From positions 643,104 through 707,103 of the forward strand of contig CBDCCI010000001.1 of the NCBI GenBank assembly GCA_965214705.1: a DNA stretch of 64,000 nucleotides. Reading direction: 5' to 3'. Shown here one piece after another: positions 30,821 to 41,536 of the stretch (within the stretch, counting starts at the first letter, position 1; every line of letters begins with the position of its first letter). Source of the stretch: Alphaproteobacteria bacterium (GTDB taxonomy: Bacteria; Pseudomonadota; Alphaproteobacteria; UBA828). The notes under the pieces were generated by a model that was not told the origin of the DNA, did not search any database, and saw only the letters and a list, made by a program, of their open reading frames with translations. The position numbers and the translations under genes are program-made.

Positions 30821-33055
30821 TCAGCCTGCGGCTCGATGGCGGCCGGCGGGAACGAAGTCAGGGTCATTCGGTGTCGTTGGGAGGGTGCGTCCATTCCATC
30901 GGATCTGGGATGACCATTCCTGCCAGGCGCTGCAGTCCCCCGAGTGGCGGCAGGCCCTGATGCGGTATCGGAAGGGTCCGGCGGGGACGATCAAGGTGCT
31001 CTGGCCGGTGTCATAGGCGTAGAGGATGGTGCGCCAAGCGTTCGGCGTGGCTAACTGCGCAATTTGGTGGTAGCCGGCGCCGGGCGAGGTGCGCCAGCGG
31101 AGCTCCAGGCGGCCGTCGGCAAGCCGCTGAGCAGCAAGGGCGTCCGGCGGCGCGAGCGGTTCGGCAAACACCGGCCGGCCGGGGGCAAGCGCGCGAGCCC
31201 GCGTGAAATGGCGGCTGGCACGCTCTTCGTAGTTCGGATCGGTCGCCGCGGTGGCGCGGTAGAGCCGCGCGAGTTCGCGTGCGATGACCCAATTCGAAGG
31301 CTCGGTGCGCACGGCCTCTTCGGCCATGTGTTCCACCCGTTTGTGCAGGGCCGCCGCGAGCGCGGGATTGCGGGCGTGCAACTCCGGCCAGATTCGGGCG
31401 AGTTCCGCGATGAGGTGCTGGCGGTAGGTGTTGGCAAGGGGGGGGAAGCCCCTGATGCCGGCCAATGTGGCCACTAAAGGGGCATGCGGGGCGATGCGGT
31501 AGGCATCGGCCGCGCCAAGGATGGACTGGTTAACCCATATCCCTGAGAACGCGAGGGCGACGGCGGTGGCGGCGAAGACGCCGCGCGCCTTGCGGCAGGC
31601 GAGCAGTGCTGCGCTACGCGCAATCTGCACCGACAGTCCGTGCGGCAGACGGGGACGCCAGCCATGCGGCAGGGCCGCCTCCTCGAGCCGGACCGCAAAG
31701 GCGAGGAGGACAGTGCTGAGCAGCGAGCCGGCGGCGGTGTCGAACAGGGTCTGAATCTGCACGAGGTATCCAAAGAGCGCAGCGGCGGCAAACACTGTTT
31801 GCCTGCAATCCGGCGGCTCCATGGCAAAGGCGGCGCGCAGCAGCACCACCAGCGCAAGGCCCCAGAGCGCGAGCCACACCACCAGCCCGGCGGCGCCTGT
31901 GGTCGCTGCCGCTTCGAACACCTTGCCGTGAGCATAGTCGTGGGGCTGGCCGGTTGCCGCGAAGCCGGAAGCGAATCGGCCGAACACGGCCAGGAAATTC
32001 TCCGGGCCCCAACCGAGCAGCGGGCGCTCCGCGAAGCCCTCGATCGCCGCTTCCCAGGCACCGAGCCGGCTCTGCACGTTCGGTTGCTGGAGGTGAACCC
32101 CGACCACGTGGCTCAAGGCTCCGGCGGCGTTCGAATGCTCGGCCGCGGCGGGGTTCCACGAGACCACTTCAGTGCGTTCGGCATCGAAGAAGCGCTGACC
32201 GAGCACCATGACGGCGACCACCATCACCGCGATCACTGCGATGGCGGCAAGGCGGCGCCACCCGCGGGCTATCCAGGCGAAGGCCAGCGCCGCGAAACCG
32301 GCGGCGGAGCCCAGGCCGGAGAAGGCGCCGGCCGAGCCCGCGAGGACGAGCGCCGCGAGATGCGCTGCCGCGGCGGCCGCCCATGCGGCCGCCGCCCAAC
32401 AGCGCCACTGCACGGGAGCGGCGTCGATTGCCGGGGTCAGGGCACGGGCGGCCAAGCCCACCGCGAGCATCAGGTTAGCGAGCAGGTGCACGCCGAGAAT
32501 AAGCGGGTTGCCGAGCGGGCCGCCCAGGCGCGGCGAGTGCGACTCGGGCAACCGCCCGAAGAACGGAACCTCGAGATCGAGAGCGCGGGCGATGACCAAG
32601 CACGCCATCGCCGCTCCCGAAACGACGCTCGCCGCCAGCAGCGTCCGCCACTCGTGGGGCGAGCGCAGCAGCGACGTAAGCACCACCGCGAGCGCCGCCC
32701 AGTGGGCTTGGTCGAGGACGCCCTGCATGCGCTCGTAGGTAGACCAGAGGCTGCGCTGCGGGCTGACCCCGCACGAAGCAGAGAGAAGTAGGACGCCGAT
32801 CCAAACACCCAGCAGCAGCAGCAGCCACGACTGCGGAGGGCGATAGCCGCGGCGCGTGAGAGCCAACACCGCCCACAGGGCGAATGCGATCTCGATCAGC
32901 GAGCGCGACCACAGCGCCTTGCCGACGACGAACGGGTACACCGTGCCGGGGGTGACCACGAAGGGGGTGAGGAGCAGTAGTCCGAGCGCGCAGAAGAGCG
33001 CACCACGCAGTCCCCGCTCCCAGCCGGTAGCGGACGAGTCGGCGGACCTCTTCAC
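30821..33055 (-). CDS. O-antigen ligase (Wzy_C) family membrane protein with helical and FN3-like C-terminal domains
   Basis: GPLGNP, RPLLGWGPENF, HDYAH; C-terminal LELRW..G.GY..YRIRAC..CSAW. Confidence 0.8.
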   Translation of the reverse strand: MKRSADSSATGWERGLRGALFCALGLLLLTPFVVTPGTVYPFVVGKALWSRSLIEIAFALWAVLALTRRGYRPPQSWLLLLLGVWIGVLLLSASCGVSPQRSLWSTYERMQGVLDQAHWAALAVVLTSLLRSPHEWRTLLAASVVSGAAMACLVIARALDLEVPFFGRLPESHSPRLGGPLGNPLILGVHLLANLMLAVGLAARALTPAIDAAPVQWRCWAAAAWAAAAAAHLAALVLAGSAGAFSGLGSAAGFAALAFAWIARGWRRLAAIAVIAVMVVAVMVLGQRFFDAERTEVVSWNPAAAEHSNAAGALSHVVGVHLQQPNVQSRLGAWEAAIEGFAERPLLGWGPENFLAVFGRFASGFAATGQPHDYAHGKVFEAAATTGAAGLVVWLALWGLALVVLLRAAFAMEPPDCRQTVFAAAALFGYLVQIQTLFDTAAGSLLSTVLLAFAVRLEEAALPHGWRPRLPHGLSVQIARSAALLACRKARGVFAATAVALAFSGIWVNQSILGAADAYRIAPHAPLVATLAGIRGFPPLANTYRQHLIAELARIWPELHARNPALAAALHKRVEHMAEEAVRTEPSNWVIARELARLYRATAATDPNYEERASRHFTRARALAPGRPVFAEPLAPPDALAAQRLADGRLELRWRTSPGAGYHQIAQLATPNAWRTILYAYDTGQSTLIVPAGPFRYRIRACRHSGDCSAWQEWSSQIRWNGRTLPTTPNDPDFVPAGRHRAAG

Positions 33056-33120
33056 GGAAGCGGGCGTGGCCCGGCCGGCGGCGGAGAAGCCGGTGCGGGA
33101 TCCCCGCTCAGTCTAGAAAA

Positions 33121-33178
33121 GTAACTGCCCAGGTTGTCTGGTTTTCCACTTGTGGTCAGTGGGTTGATGCGCGCCTCG
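33121..33178 (+). repeat. Left arm of a 58-bp imperfect inverted repeat (partner 41208-41265)
   Basis: 46/58 identity by manual alignment, outer 14 bp perfect. Confidence 0.8.
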
Positions 33179-33366
33179 TTGTGAACTGGCGCGAGGGGGT
33201 TGACGGGCATTTCGGGACATGACTCGTAACTACCCAGGTACCCCGATCCTGAGTTGACGCCGGTGATTATAGCGGTGGCGGTGGTCTGGTTCTGGCACCG
33301 TGATTGGCTCTTGACCTTATAGAGTTGCGGGACTATGGACTGCCTCTCGCGTGACGGGAGCAGTCG

Positions 33367-34031
33367 ATGGGGTGTTTCGGTTCGAAGGCGACGGCTGGTC
33401 TGTGCCAGGCGCTGATTGCGCTGATGCCGCCGCACTCCGTCTACATCGAAAGCCACTTGGGGGCGGGGCGCTGATGAAGCGCAAGCCGGCGGCCGTGCGC
33501 TCGATCGGCATCGACCGCGATGCGCAGGCGCTTGAGGCCTTCGTCTGCGATTACCCGGTCGATCTGGTGCACGGCTGTGCCCATGAGTTCCTGGCCTCGT
33601 TCCCGTTCCTGGGCCCGGAGCTGGTTTACAGCGATCCACCCTATCTGCACGCGACCCGCCGCTCCTCGCAGCGCTACCGCTTCGAGTACGAGGAGGCCGA
33701 CCACGTCGCGCTTCTCAAACTGCTCAAGGCTCTGCCCTGCCAGGTCATGATCTCGGGCCATCCGTCGGCGCTCTATGACGAGGTGCTGGCGGGATGGCGC
33801 CGGCTGGCGCTGCAGGTCACGACCCAGGGTCTGGTGCGGACCGAGGTCGTCTGGTTCAACTTCGCCCCCGACCGGGTGCATTGGGCCAGCCACGCAGGCC
33901 GGAACTTCACCGACCGCCAGCGCATCAAGCGCAAGGCAGCCAACTGGGGCCGACGCTACCGGGCCTTGCCGCCGGGCGAACGCCTCGCCGTGCTCGCCGC
34001 CATGATGGCCGTCGAGGCCGAAAACACGTGA
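33367..34031 (+). pseudogene. Dam-like (D12 class) DNA adenine methyltransferase, 1-nt frameshift in a G run near 33459
   Basis: GSKA..LIALMPPHSVYIESHLG|GALMKRK, YSDPPY, ISG. Confidence 0.82.
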
Positions 34032-34088
34032 CGGTGTCGCACTGGCACGAGGACCTCGCCGCCCGTGACGAGGCCTTCTCTGCTTGAA

Positions 34089-34160
34089 GAGGCCTCGCCT
34101 GAGGCCTCGCCTGAGGCCTCGCCTGAGGCCTCGCCTGAGGCCTCGCCTGAGGCCTCGCTT
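34089..34160. repeat. 12-bp tandem repeat (gaggcctcgcct) x6
   Basis: Five perfect units plus one with a mismatch; each holds the palindrome gaggcctc. Confidence 0.95.
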
Positions 34161-35126
34161 GGTTCAACTTTTCCGGCCATCAACGTACTCGACGACTCGG
34201 GTCATGTCCATAGTCCATAAACTTCACCACACTGGCACCCGCTTGTCCACATCGGAGTTGCGACAAAGCAGGCCTCCGCCGCGACGAACCATGGAACGAT
34301 CCCTAGGCATCCCGGGGTCTCCGCCCCCTCTGCGCTGCAGCCTCCCTGCACACCCGAGCGGCGTCCTCCGTGCCGACCAGCGTGCCATGCCGAATTCTCG
34401 CCACATTTCCGCGGCCTTTGCAAGCCTTAAATCGGCCCGACCATACAAGGGGTTAGACATCCTCCCGTCCGCGCATTCTACCGCTGGCGGCCCGCCACCC
34501 ACGACACTCTGCAGTTGGCACACGGGTTCCTCGCCGGCCGCACCCCCACCGGGAGCCGAGGCCGCCCATCGTCATCGCACGCTCCGGGGCGCCGCCAAAT
34601 CGGAGGAGCGCAGACACATACAGGCGTCGCAGGATCGGCCGCGTGCGCCGGATCCGACGCTCGTCCTTCTTGGCCGGAGGCGTGTGTTGCGGCCACGTCG
34701 ATTGATTTGGGCGCGATTAAGCGGGTCCGGCGAGAGCCCGTTCAATCGCGGGACATTGTCGGCCAAAGGACCACTTTTCTGTCCTCCGGCTTCCGCTTTG
34801 ATGTCGGTGATTCCGGCGATTCCGAGGCCGCGACGGCAATGACCGCCATGAGCGCGCGCCACGGCGCGGCGCACGGCACAATTGGATAGGGCCGGCATTC
34901 GTCGTGCACCATGCCGATGGCTCCGCCGGGCGCGTCTGCCACCGCCATGACCCGCCTGCGTTGGTGTGGGCTGCGCGGTGCGGGCTGCGCGGTGCGTGCC
35001 GCGCTCTGCCGACCCCGCCGTCCCGGTCTGTCGCACGGCACGGCTTTCTGGCATGCCGCTCAGCCCTCCGCTACCATCCCGGCGACGGCGGCACCGCCGG
35101 TGCGGCCGCCCGCAGTGGAGGCGGCC

Positions 35127-37849
35127 ATGCGTCACGACGAAGTCTACAAATCCATCTTCTGCCACAGGATCTCCGTCGAGCATCTGCTCCGCTTCATCGC
35201 CGGCATGATCGACGACGGCCCGGACTGGCTTTCGGCCTTCGACCCGGAGACCCTGGAGCCGGTGCCGACCGAGCGCATCGACGAGACCCTGCACCGCCAC
35301 CTGAGCGACCTGGTCTGGCGCGTGCGCCTGCGCGACGGCGGCGAGGAGGACTGGGTCTACCTGTTCGTGCTGATCGAGTTCCAGTCTTCCGTGGACCATC
35401 TGATGGCGCTGCGGGTCAGCACCTACGTCAATCTGCTGTACCGGGGACTTTGGGCCGGACGGCACTTCGGGGCCTCGGACCGTTTGCCGCCGGTGCTGCC
35501 TGTGGTGCTCTACAACGGCGCCTCGCCGTGGACGGCGGCGGCGAGCGTCGAGGAGCTGGTTGCGCCGCAGGCCCGCCCCTCCGGCGCCATGGCCCCCGTG
35601 CCGGTCTATGCTGGCTCGGGCTACGTGACGCTTGACGTCGGCCGGGTTCGAGGCGGAGACTCCCCGCCGGACGATGTCGTTTCTCTCGTGATCGGCATCG
35701 AGCGGATGTCGTCGCTTGAGGAGGGTTACGCGACGCTGCTTGAGGCATTCTCCGTTCTTCGGGGTTCCGAGCACCGTGGGTTGCGTCGGGTATTCCATGA
35801 ACCTAAATCCCGCAGTTGGTTTCGGGGCCGATCACGAAAAAGCCTTGTAGGCTAGGGGCATGAGCGAATCGAAACAGGCCCTTGAGGCTCACCCTGCGGG
35901 TGATGGTCCCAGCACTGCGCGGGAGCTCGCCCGAGAGGCCGTGAAGGTGGACACCTTCGGCGGCACCGTCCACGTCGAATGGGACCCGGATGCGGCGGCC
36001 ACACCGCTGGGTCATCTGGTGTTCTTCGCCGAATACCTGAAAGTCAGCGGCCGCTTCGACGCGCTGGTGGCGGACTGCCCGCTGCACTACACGAGCCCGA
36101 ACGCGCCCTCGAAGCGGGACGTGCTGGGGACGGTGATGCTGTCGGCCCTCGCAGGACACTGGCGCTACGCGCACATCACGGCGCTGCGCGGCGACGGCGT
36201 CAATCCGTCGCTGTTGGGCATGACCAAGGTGGCGAGCGAGGACTCGGTTCGGCGCGGCCTGGGACGGATCGACGCGGAGGACGGCGCTTCCTGGCTGCAC
36301 GGCCATCTCGACGACACGGCGCGGCCCTTGCTGAGCGAGCCGTGGGTTCTGGATTGCGACACAACGATCAAGCCGCTCTACGGCCACCAGGAGGGGGCTG
36401 TGGTGAGCTACAACCCGAAGAAGCCGGGCCGTCCGTCGCATGCCTACCATGCGTTCCTGATGGCGGGCACGCGCCTTGTTCTGGACGTCGATGTCGCGCC
36501 CGGGAACCGTCACCACTCGAAGAACGCGGCGCCTTCGCTGTGGGCCTTGCTCGACCGCCTCGGCCGTGAGAACTGGCCGCGGCTCGTACGGGGCGACAAG
36601 GACTGGGGCAACGAGGGCAACATGGCGTCGTGCGAGGGGGCGGGTCTCGACTATCTGTTCAAGCTGCGCCTGACCAAGGGCGCGCGCCGGCTTGCCGAGT
36701 GCCTGATGACGCGGGACGAGTGGACGGACGCGGGCCCGGGCTGGTCGGGGATCGAGGCCGAGCTTCGCTTGCATGGCTGGAGCCGGACGCGTCGCGTGGT
36801 GGTGCTGCGCCGTCGGCTTCCCGGGACGGTGGCGCTGACGCGCGCAGACGACGGTCAGGGCGATCTCTTCTGGGCCGACGCGCAGCCTGGCACCAAGGTG
36901 TGGGAGTTTGCGGTTCTGGCGACGTCTCTGGATCTGGAGGTTCTCTCGATCGCCCAGCTCTACCGGGATCGGGCGGACGCGGAGAACGGCTTCGACGAGT
37001 TGAAGAACCAGTGGGGCTGGGGCGGCTTCACCACGCGAGACCTGAAGCGCTGCCAGCACATGGCCCGGCTGATCGCGCTCATTTACAATTGGTGGAGCCT
37101 GTTCGTGCGCTTGGCGGACCCCGATCACCACCGCGAGGCGATCACCAGCCGACCGCTCCTGCTGCATGGGGTTGCCCGCCAGACCCATCACGCCGGTCAA
37201 ACCCGGCTGACGGTGACGTCGAGCCACGGGCGGCGGGGGGCCGTGGTCGCGGCGTTGCGGCGGATCACCGGCTTCTTCCAGACTCTGCTGACAAGTGCGG
37301 AGCAGTTGAGCGCTGAGGATCGCTGGCGCCGGATCCTGGCGGAAGCGCTGAAGAAGTACCTCCGGGGCCGCCAGCCGGGTCGCCAGCCCTGGATTCCACC
37401 GCCTCGGCCTGCGCTGGCAGGCTGAAATTGAGCCCGGAAATCGACCGATCATCGCCCCCAACTGCGGGATTTAGGATGAATGGTTCACGTTGCTTGCCGG
37501 GCAGGGCGCCGGAGGCGCCGCGATCGAGGGGTTCGAGGAGATGGAGCGACTGGAGGAAGCGGGCGAGTTGCGGACGCCGGTCCAGGATCGGGTCCGCGCA
37601 TGGCAGGAGGCGGAACGCGAGCAGGGCCGCGCCGAGGGCGTCGAGCAGGGCCGTGCGGAGGGCGTCGAGCAGGAGCGGGCGCTGCTGCTGCGCCTCGCCG
37701 AGCGGAAGTTCGGCGCGGACACCGCCGGGCGCCTTGCGCCCCTGCTGGGCGGGATCGGGGAGCCGAAGCGGCTGGCCGATGTCGGCGACTGGATCATCGA
37801 CTGCGCTACGGGCGACGAACTCATCGCGCGGCTGGAGGGCGCCGCCTAG
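35127..37849 (+). pseudogene. Rpn family (YhgA-like PD-(D/E)xK) nuclease split by IS1380
   Basis: HDEVYK, SDLVWRV, IEFQS, MALR, PVVLYNG; C-terminal EQGRAEG repeats; frame restored across the TSD. Confidence 0.88.
35802..37475 (+). mobile_element. IS1380-family element (transposase 35860-37425)
   Basis: 18-bp perfect TIR cctaaatcccgcagttgg, TSD atgaa; LDCDTT..YGHQEG, RGD, YRDRADAEN. Confidence 0.92.
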
Positions 37850-37951
37850 CGCATGCCGCCTTGCCCTCGCGGGACACCGCGAGGAGCTGGCACCGTGCCG
37901 TGATCGGCAGCGTCCGCGACAACGGGGAGATCGGCCGCCCACGCGGCGCAA

Positions 37952-38479
37952 TCATCGCCCATCGCACTTTGGCTCCTCGCCCTTGGACACGAAGCCGCGC
38001 CACCGCCGGTCGACCGCGTCCGGCAGATCGTCCTCCACGGCGAGCGTCGCCTCGGGCGGCGGGGGCACGAACGCATACAGGCGCTTCGCCAGATCCCGAG
38101 GGATGAACGGCTTCGCGCCCACGTGACTGCCGCTGAAGTGGAGGAAGAATCGAAGGGGCAATGCGTCGGGAGCGCCGGGCCGATCGAAGCCTGCGGGCAG
38201 AGCGTCGTACTTGGCCTCGAACCGGTCCGGCTCGAAGCCCTCCGCATCGTGCGGCGCCTCGCCCACCGCCAGTCGCCGAACCTCATCGAGACCGTCCCAC
38301 AGGCGGCGGAGGGAGGCGTCGGCGAGACGACTCTCGATGGCCGCGATCATGTCGGCCTTGCGCATGGGTCGCGGCTTCGCCACCGAAAGCCAGTTCACCA
38401 TGACCCGCAGGTCGTCATTGTTCAGCCAAGCCAGAACCCTCGGCAGGGTGGGGGGCCAGTCATCGGCGATACGCGCCAT
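37952..38479 (-). CDS. Hypothetical protein, probably 3'-truncated
   Basis: Coding-like composition directly downstream of the integrases; no motif recognised. Confidence 0.5.
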   Translation of the reverse strand: MARIADDWPPTLPRVLAWLNNDDLRVMVNWLSVAKPRPMRKADMIAAIESRLADASLRRLWDGLDEVRRLAVGEAPHDAEGFEPDRFEAKYDALPAGFDRPGAPDALPLRFFLHFSGSHVGAKPFIPRDLAKRLYAFVPPPPEATLAVEDDLPDAVDRRWRGFVSKGEEPKCDGR

Positions 38480-38533
38480 CGGTCAATCCCCTCGTTGGTG
38501 CCGATGCGGCCGTGACGGTCGGCACGGCCACGC

Positions 38534-39703
38534 TTACGGCATGATGTCCGCGGCGATGCTGCCGGCCACCAGCGCCGCAGACTCCTTCACCGAATCCCGC
38601 GCCAGGTGCGCATACCGCGCGGTGGTCTGAATCTTCTTATGACCGAGAAGCCGGCCGATCATCGTGAGGTCCTGGCCCAGGGCCAGGGCGCGCGAGGCGA
38701 AGCTGTGACGCAGGTCATGCAGCCGCACATCGTCGAGACCGGCGCGCTCCCTCACCTGGTACCAGTAGTAGGCCAGTTGCATCTGCCGCCCACCCGGCTG
38801 CCGGCCCGCGATCACCCAGGGATTGCCGGCAAGACGCGGCACCCCGGCAAGAACCCGCGCCGCCGCAGGCGACAGCGGAACCATCCGGGGGCCGGTCTTG
38901 CTGTCGCGCAGCCTGACCTCGTTCCGCTCCAGCGCCACGTCCTCCCAGCGCAGCGTCAGCACCTCGGCGGAGCGGCACCCGGTCAGCGTCAGGAGCCTGA
39001 TCGCCGCCGCAGCGTGAACCGGGACACGGCCCCCGGCCTCGAGATCGTCGAGAGCCTCCCCGAGACGCCGGAACTCGTCTTCCGTCAGGAAGCGCTCCAG
39101 GCGCCGCGTCCGGTAGCGCGTCACGAAGCGGCAGGGGTTGCTGCCGGCCGGCACCAAGCCCCAGGCCTCGGCGCGGTTCAGCATCCGCGACAACGCGCCC
39201 ACCGTGTCGTTGGCGGCAACCGGCGTCCTGCGCAGACGGTAGTGAAGCTCGGCAACGTGCGTGCGATCGAGCGCCCCGACGGGCATCTTCCCCAGCTTCG
39301 GCAGGATGTGCTTGCGAATCGCCTAGCGGTAGCCCTTCACCGTGTTCGGCTTGCAGCGTACCGCAACGTGCTCGCGCAGATACCGCTCCGCCAGCTCCGC
39401 CACCGTCAGGCCGCCCTCCGGGTCCGGCGCCGCCTCCGGCTCCTCGCCGGCCTCCATGCGGGTGAGCAGCGCAGCCCCTTGGCGCCGCGCCTCGTCCGCC
39501 GAGATCGCGCCATGCCGGCCCACCGCCACCCGCTTCGTGCCGCGCAGAACCCGGCGCTGCACCAGGTAGGTCTTGGCACCGCTGGGATAGACCCTCACCC
39601 CGAAGCCCGGCAGGTCCCGATCCCAGTAGATCGCCTCCCTCTCTCCGACGGGCAGCTCGTCGACCACGCGGTTCGACAGCGACCTCCGTTCCACTCCCGA
39701 CAT
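38534..39703 (-). pseudogene. Arm-binding-domain tyrosine integrase with one in-frame TAG at 39323-39325
   Basis: WDRDLPGFGVRV, TGCR, HDLRHSFAS, LGH, TARY; both halves in the same frame. Confidence 0.88.
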
Positions 39704-39723
39704 TGTCCCGGCTCCCCCGTCCC

Positions 39724-40875
39724 CTACGCCTGCGCCGGCCCGCCCACGGGCGAGACCGCCTCCAGGCGCAGGATGTCGTCCTCGATGCTGTCCCCCACGC
39801 GCGCCGCCGCGACCTTCTCCGCGTCCTGCGACAGGTGGGCATAACGCGCGGTACTGCTCACGTCCGTGTGGCCGAGCAACCGGCCGATCATCGGAAGCGG
39901 CAGGCCCAGGGCCAGGGCACGCGAGGCGAAGCTGTGACGCAGGTCGTGGATGCGCACGTCCTCGACCTCTGCCCGCTCGCGCACCCGGTGCCAGTACTTC
40001 GTCAGCGTCGCCAGGTGGCGATCCGGCCTGCCCCCCGTGATTACCCACGGGCTGCGCCTGACCCGCTTGATCCCCGCTAGAACCTGCAACGCCGCAGGCG
40101 TCAGGGGCACCATGCGCGCCCCCATCTTCGCGTCGCGCAAGCGCAACTCTCCGGCCTTGCGGTCGATGTCGCTCCACCTGAGGGTCAGTATCTCCCCGCT
40201 CCGGCACCCGGTCAGCATCAGCAGGCGCAGCGCCGCCGCAGCCCGCGCCCGCACCGGGCCCTCGGCCTCGAGCGCGCACAGCGCGCGACCCACCCGCCGG
40301 TACTCGTCCTCCGTCAGGAAGCGCTCGCGCCGGCCCTCCTTGTAGCGCAGCACGAAGCGGCACGGGTTGCCACCTCCCGGCGCCAGGCCCCAGGCCTCCG
40401 CCAGCGAGAAGATCTTCGACAGCACCATCAGCGCCCGATTGGCGGCACGCGGGGTCTCGCGCAGGCGGTAGTGCAGTGCCGCCACCTCGGCGCGCCCCAC
40501 CGAGGCCACAGGCATTTCACCGAGCGCGGGCAGGATGTGGTTCCTCAGAGAGTCCTTGTAGATCCTCTGCGTGTGCGCGTTGCAGCGCACCTTGACGTGG
40601 GCCTGGAGGTAGCGTTCGGCCAGCTCGGCGACGGTGAGCGGACGCGCGGCCGGCCGCAGCACCGGGTCCTCGCCCTTTCTGATGCGGGCGATGGCGGCGC
40701 TGGCCTTCTTGCGCGCCTGCTCGGGTGTGATCGCGCCGTGGCGACCGAGGGAGGTGCGCCTGAGGCCGGCCGGCCCGCGGCACTGCACGAGGTAGAACTT
40801 GGAGCCCGAGGGATAGACCCTGACGCCGAAGCCGGGGAGGTCGCGGTCCCAGAAGGTGGAGTCCCTGCCCCCGGT
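39724..40875 (-). CDS. Paralogous arm-binding-domain tyrosine integrase, N-terminus clipped
   Basis: Same motifs as the downstream integrase; start replaced by an IS remnant. Confidence 0.82.
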   Translation of the reverse strand, partial: TGGRDSTFWDRDLPGFGVRVYPSGSKFYLVQCRGPAGLRRTSLGRHGAITPEQARKKASAAIARIRKGEDPVLRPAARPLTVAELAERYLQAHVKVRCNAHTQRIYKDSLRNHILPALGEMPVASVGRAEVAALHYRLRETPRAANRALMVLSKIFSLAEAWGLAPGGGNPCRFVLRYKEGRRERFLTEDEYRRVGRALCALEAEGPVRARAAAALRLLMLTGCRSGEILTLRWSDIDRKAGELRLRDAKMGARMVPLTPAALQVLAGIKRVRRSPWVITGGRPDRHLATLTKYWHRVRERAEVEDVRIHDLRHSFASRALALGLPLPMIGRLLGHTDVSSTARYAHLSQDAEKVAAARVGDSIEDDILRLEAVSPVGGPAQA

Positions 40876-41187
40876 TCATTGCCACCTGATGTTCGGCATC
40901 CTGGTGCTGACGGTCGACCAGCTGATGCGCCTCCTGGCCTGAGCGGCGCCTCCGTCCCTGTCACGCCGGCACGCCTCCCTCGGCGGAGGCGCAAAAAGCC
41001 ACGTCCGCATCGCGACGGCGGGTCCAAAATGCGCCCGCATGGGCATCGGTTTGCGGCGAATCGGCGACCCGGCGGCAGCCAGCGACGTCCGCTCGTCCCG
41101 ATGTTCATGTTACGTTCCGGCCGTCAATGTCTTCACGACGGGCTCTCGGGAAAAGCAGACCGCGCCTGGGAGTTTTGCAAGTGGCTC
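40873..41187 (+). mobile_element. 3' remnant of a DDE transposase IS
   Basis: HCHLMFGILVLTVDQLMRLLA* followed by a terminal-like ttttgcaagtggctc. Confidence 0.55.
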
Positions 41188-41265
41188 CCCTTTACGCCAA
41201 TTCCGACCGAGACACGCCTCAACTCACTGGCCCAAAATGACAAATCAGACGACCTGGGCAGTTAC

Positions 41266-41536
41266 CATCCTTCATGGTCTCGGCGTCTTCGGAAAGGTCC
41301 GGCACGAGATAGCGGAAGGCGTTTCAATGCACGCGCGGGTTGGTGGGGCGGTCATGAAGATCGAAGCGTCGGCCTTCGGGGTCTCGACGTCAGACACAGG
41401 CGAGGGCCTGGCCTACGGGGCAGGCGGAGAGGTCCGTCTGAGCGAGTGGGCGAGCCTGCGGGTGGACTGGACTCAATACCGCGAGGACGGCGAGACGGCC
41501 GATGCAGTGTCGCTCGCCGCCGTCACCCGCTTCTGA
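41266..41536 (+). pseudogene. Outer-membrane beta-barrel (OmpA-like) C-terminal half
   Basis: LAYGAGGEVRL..LRVDWTQY..terminal F; begins abruptly at the inverted repeat. Confidence 0.7.

Noticed and set aside
34089-34160. CRISPR array
   Set aside because: Contiguous 12-bp units, no spacers, no cas genes in the window
39323-39325. Recoded amber (pyrrolysine/readthrough) in the integrase
   Set aside because: No supporting machinery; surrounding decay makes a nonsense mutation more likely
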